Shown here piece after piece: positions 62,483-64,000 of a DNA stretch of 64,000 nt. Under the pieces are notes generated by a model. The model did not search any database. It saw nothing but the letters and a program-made list of their open reading frames with translations, and had not been told where the DNA came from. Position numbers and translations under genes: made by a program. This DNA is from Bacteroidota bacterium (GTDB taxonomy: Bacteria; Bacteroidota; Bacteroidia; Bacteroidales; FEN-979), in NCBI GenBank assembly GCA_026391775.1, contig JAPLDK010000011.1:77066-141065 (forward strand), written 5' to 3'. Positions within the stretch are counted from its first letter, which is position 1; each line of letters opens with the position of its first letter.

Positions 62483-63266
62483 CCGAGCCTTCCCGGTAAT
62501 TGGAATACCTTTCATCGATCTGGTCCAAATCTCCGAATTCCTCAATATGCTCTATCTTCTCATCCTCTCCATATCCGGATTCCTCTCCGTCTTCGGTAGT
62601 TGCGACCTGGCTTTCAACTTCAAATTTTTGAGGAGCTTCTTCCTCAAGAATATCAGCAAGTTCAGCATCAATGGTTTTGATCTCATCGAGATCTTCTTCT
62701 ATCGCATCCAGTTTTGAAGTTTCAACCGGTTTAGGCAAAGGGCCGGGTTTCACCTTAAGGGGTTTGACCAAAGGCGGAATGTCATCGGCATCAGGAATGT
62801 GATGAACGGATGGCAGCTCTGCAATCTTTCTCAATTCACCGGTCTTTCTTGCAAGCCTGGGATAGGAGATCATGTTTTCGGATTGCAATATTTTAAACAG
62901 TTCTATATGCATGGTAAAAGTTTCTTTACCATGGAATTCATAGTTCATTGTCTGGTGAGGATCTTCAATGTAGTTTTTAAGTTTGGAATTTTTCATCAGT
63001 GGCATAGTCACCGTTTCAATGACAACTTCCCCAAGATCATCGTCAAACCTGCGTACCTGCTTTTTTGTTGTTTTGTGAGTGATCTCATGCCTGACCTTAT
63101 TTTTCTTATCCGTCATAAAGAAAATCGCCCCAATGCTGTTCCTGAGCTCAGCTGTTTCAACAAGGAGATGATGAAAATCGAGAAAAGTCTGGTTGGGCTG
63201 GATCTCAATCTCCCTTAAAAAATCGTCATGGTCATTAGCAGTAACTCTGAAACGGTATATCAGCAT
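62472..63266 (-). CDS. Hypothetical protein with a strongly acidic C-terminal tail
   Basis: 264-aa ORF. The N-terminal about 130 aa look globular. The C-terminus is Asp/Glu-rich (EEDLDEIKTIDAELADILEEE...GEESGYGEDEKIEHIEEFGDLD). Overlaps the miaA start by 11 nt. Confidence 0.55.
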   Translation of the reverse strand: MLIYRFRVTANDHDDFLREIEIQPNQTFLDFHHLLVETAELRNSIGAIFFMTDKKNKVRHEITHKTTKKQVRRFDDDLGEVVIETVTMPLMKNSKLKNYIEDPHQTMNYEFHGKETFTMHIELFKILQSENMISYPRLARKTGELRKIAELPSVHHIPDADDIPPLVKPLKVKPGPLPKPVETSKLDAIEEDLDEIKTIDAELADILEEEAPQKFEVESQVATTEDGEESGYGEDEKIEHIEEFGDLDQIDERYSNYREGSDDY

Positions 63267-63305
63267 TGTTGTGTATTCTATTGACGGGGTAAAAATAAAG
63301 AAAAC

Positions 63306-64000
63306 TTAAGTACGAATAGGTTTCAATCCCTGTTTTTTCCCTTCCTCGATCATCAGCCTGAATGCGGCTTCATAATCATTGGGGATCTGGCCTTCAAGGA
63401 TGGCTTCGGTGATCACATCCTTAATTTCACCGACCAGCCTGGAAGGTGGGATTCCGAAGGTTCTCATAATCAGGTCGCCTGAAATTGGCGGTTGCCAGTT
63501 TCTCATCTTGTCCTTCTCTTCAATCTCAACAAGTTTTCGTCTCACAATCTCAAAATTCTCAAGAAAGTTCTTCACTTTGACCTGGTTTTTAGAAGTAATA
63601 TCAGCCTCACACAGCAACATGAGTTCATCCACATCGTCGCCGGCTTCAAACAGAAGCCTTCTCACAGCTGAGTCGGTCACCGATTCCTCGGCAAGTACGA
63701 TCGGCCTGAGATGAAGAAGAACCATTTTTTCCACGAACTTCATCTTCTCATTCATGGGAAGTTTCAGCCTGCGGAAAATCTTTGAAACCATTTTCGAACC
63801 CTTGAAATCATGGGCATGGAATGTCCAGCCTGTGCCCTGAACAAATTTTTTAGTAGCAGGTTTTGCTATGTCGTGCAAAAGAGCCGACCATCTCAGCCAG
63901 AGGTTTTCGGAAGTTAGGGCAACATTATCAAGTACGGCAAGGGTATGGTAGAAATTATCCTTATGACCTTTTCCGTCAATAGTCTCGACTCCTTTCAGTT
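63306..64000 (-). CDS. HD-domain tRNA nucleotidyltransferase/poly(A) polymerase family protein, C-terminal part (5' end beyond window)
   Basis: Frame stays open to the window edge (my translation: ...[20 protein letters not shown]...). It contains the HD motif LLHDIAKP and a C-terminal tRNA-binding-like region. Confidence 0.8.
   Translation of the reverse strand, partial: LKGVETIDGKGHKDNFYHTLAVLDNVALTSENLWLRWSALLHDIAKPATKKFVQGTGWTFHAHDFKGSKMVSKIFRRLKLPMNEKMKFVEKMVLLHLRPIVLAEESVTDSAVRRLLFEAGDDVDELMLLCEADITSKNQVKVKNFLENFEIVRRKLVEIEEKDKMRNWQPPISGDLIMRTFGIPPSRLVGEIKDVITEAILEGQIPNDYEAAFRLMIEEGKKQGLKPIRT

Noticed and set aside
1-64000. Search for CRISPR arrays, transposases, integrases, phage genes, long direct or inverted DNA repeats and rRNA genes
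   Set aside because: No regularly spaced short repeats were visible. No ORF has transposase, integrase or recombinase motifs, and there are no rRNA-like stretches. The hydrogenase paralogs are similar at protein level only.

Overview
The window looks like chromosomal DNA from an anaerobic member of the Bacteroidota. Support for this: TAnnTTTG -7 promoter motifs upstream of many genes, few Shine-Dalgarno sites, and LolA, a Y_Y_Y propeller kinase and a PorT-like beta-barrel protein. Both flanks are ordinary housekeeping genes: lepB fragment, ftsK, lolA, split transketolase and truA on the left; ribF, trmD, rplS, uvrA, tRNA-CAT, miaA and a CCA-enzyme fragment on the right. The centre (about 7.1-48.1 kb) is a very dense H2/redox island, interrupted by two-component genes at about 23.5-32 kb. 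(1) An FNR-like regulator is followed by an operon of two HdrA-type flavoproteins, a QmoC-like FeS/membrane subunit, MvhD, an MvhG/MvhA-type [NiFe] hydrogenase and its endopeptidase. No HdrB/CCG subunit is present. (2) A divergent pair follows. One arm is a 4-TM protein plus a 1104-aa fusion of an extended-SDR (NAD-epimerase/dehydratase-type) domain, a linker and a complete [FeFe] hydrogenase. The other arm is a NuoE/NuoF/HydA set whose NuoF-like subunit lacks all accessory ferredoxin domains. Both hydrogenases carry TSCSP instead of the canonical TSCCP. (3) A canonical HydABC-type set with a separate Trx-like 2Fe-2S protein. (4) A PAS-containing sensory-type [FeFe] hydrogenase (HydS-like) with a PP2C phosphatase. 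(5) A third NuoE/NuoF/HydA set is translationally coupled to a HydS-like domain fused to a histidine kinase. It is followed by a stand-alone receiver, a receiver-kinase hybrid and Rex. Near-consensus 18-bp Rex operators (TTGTTAA-N4-TTAACAA type) lie in the upstream region of each of the four hydrogenase loci, and no other palindromic copy was seen in the window. I found no CRISPR array, transposase, integrase or long DNA repeat. All calls rest on reading motifs in the ORF translations and the DNA; no database search was possible.
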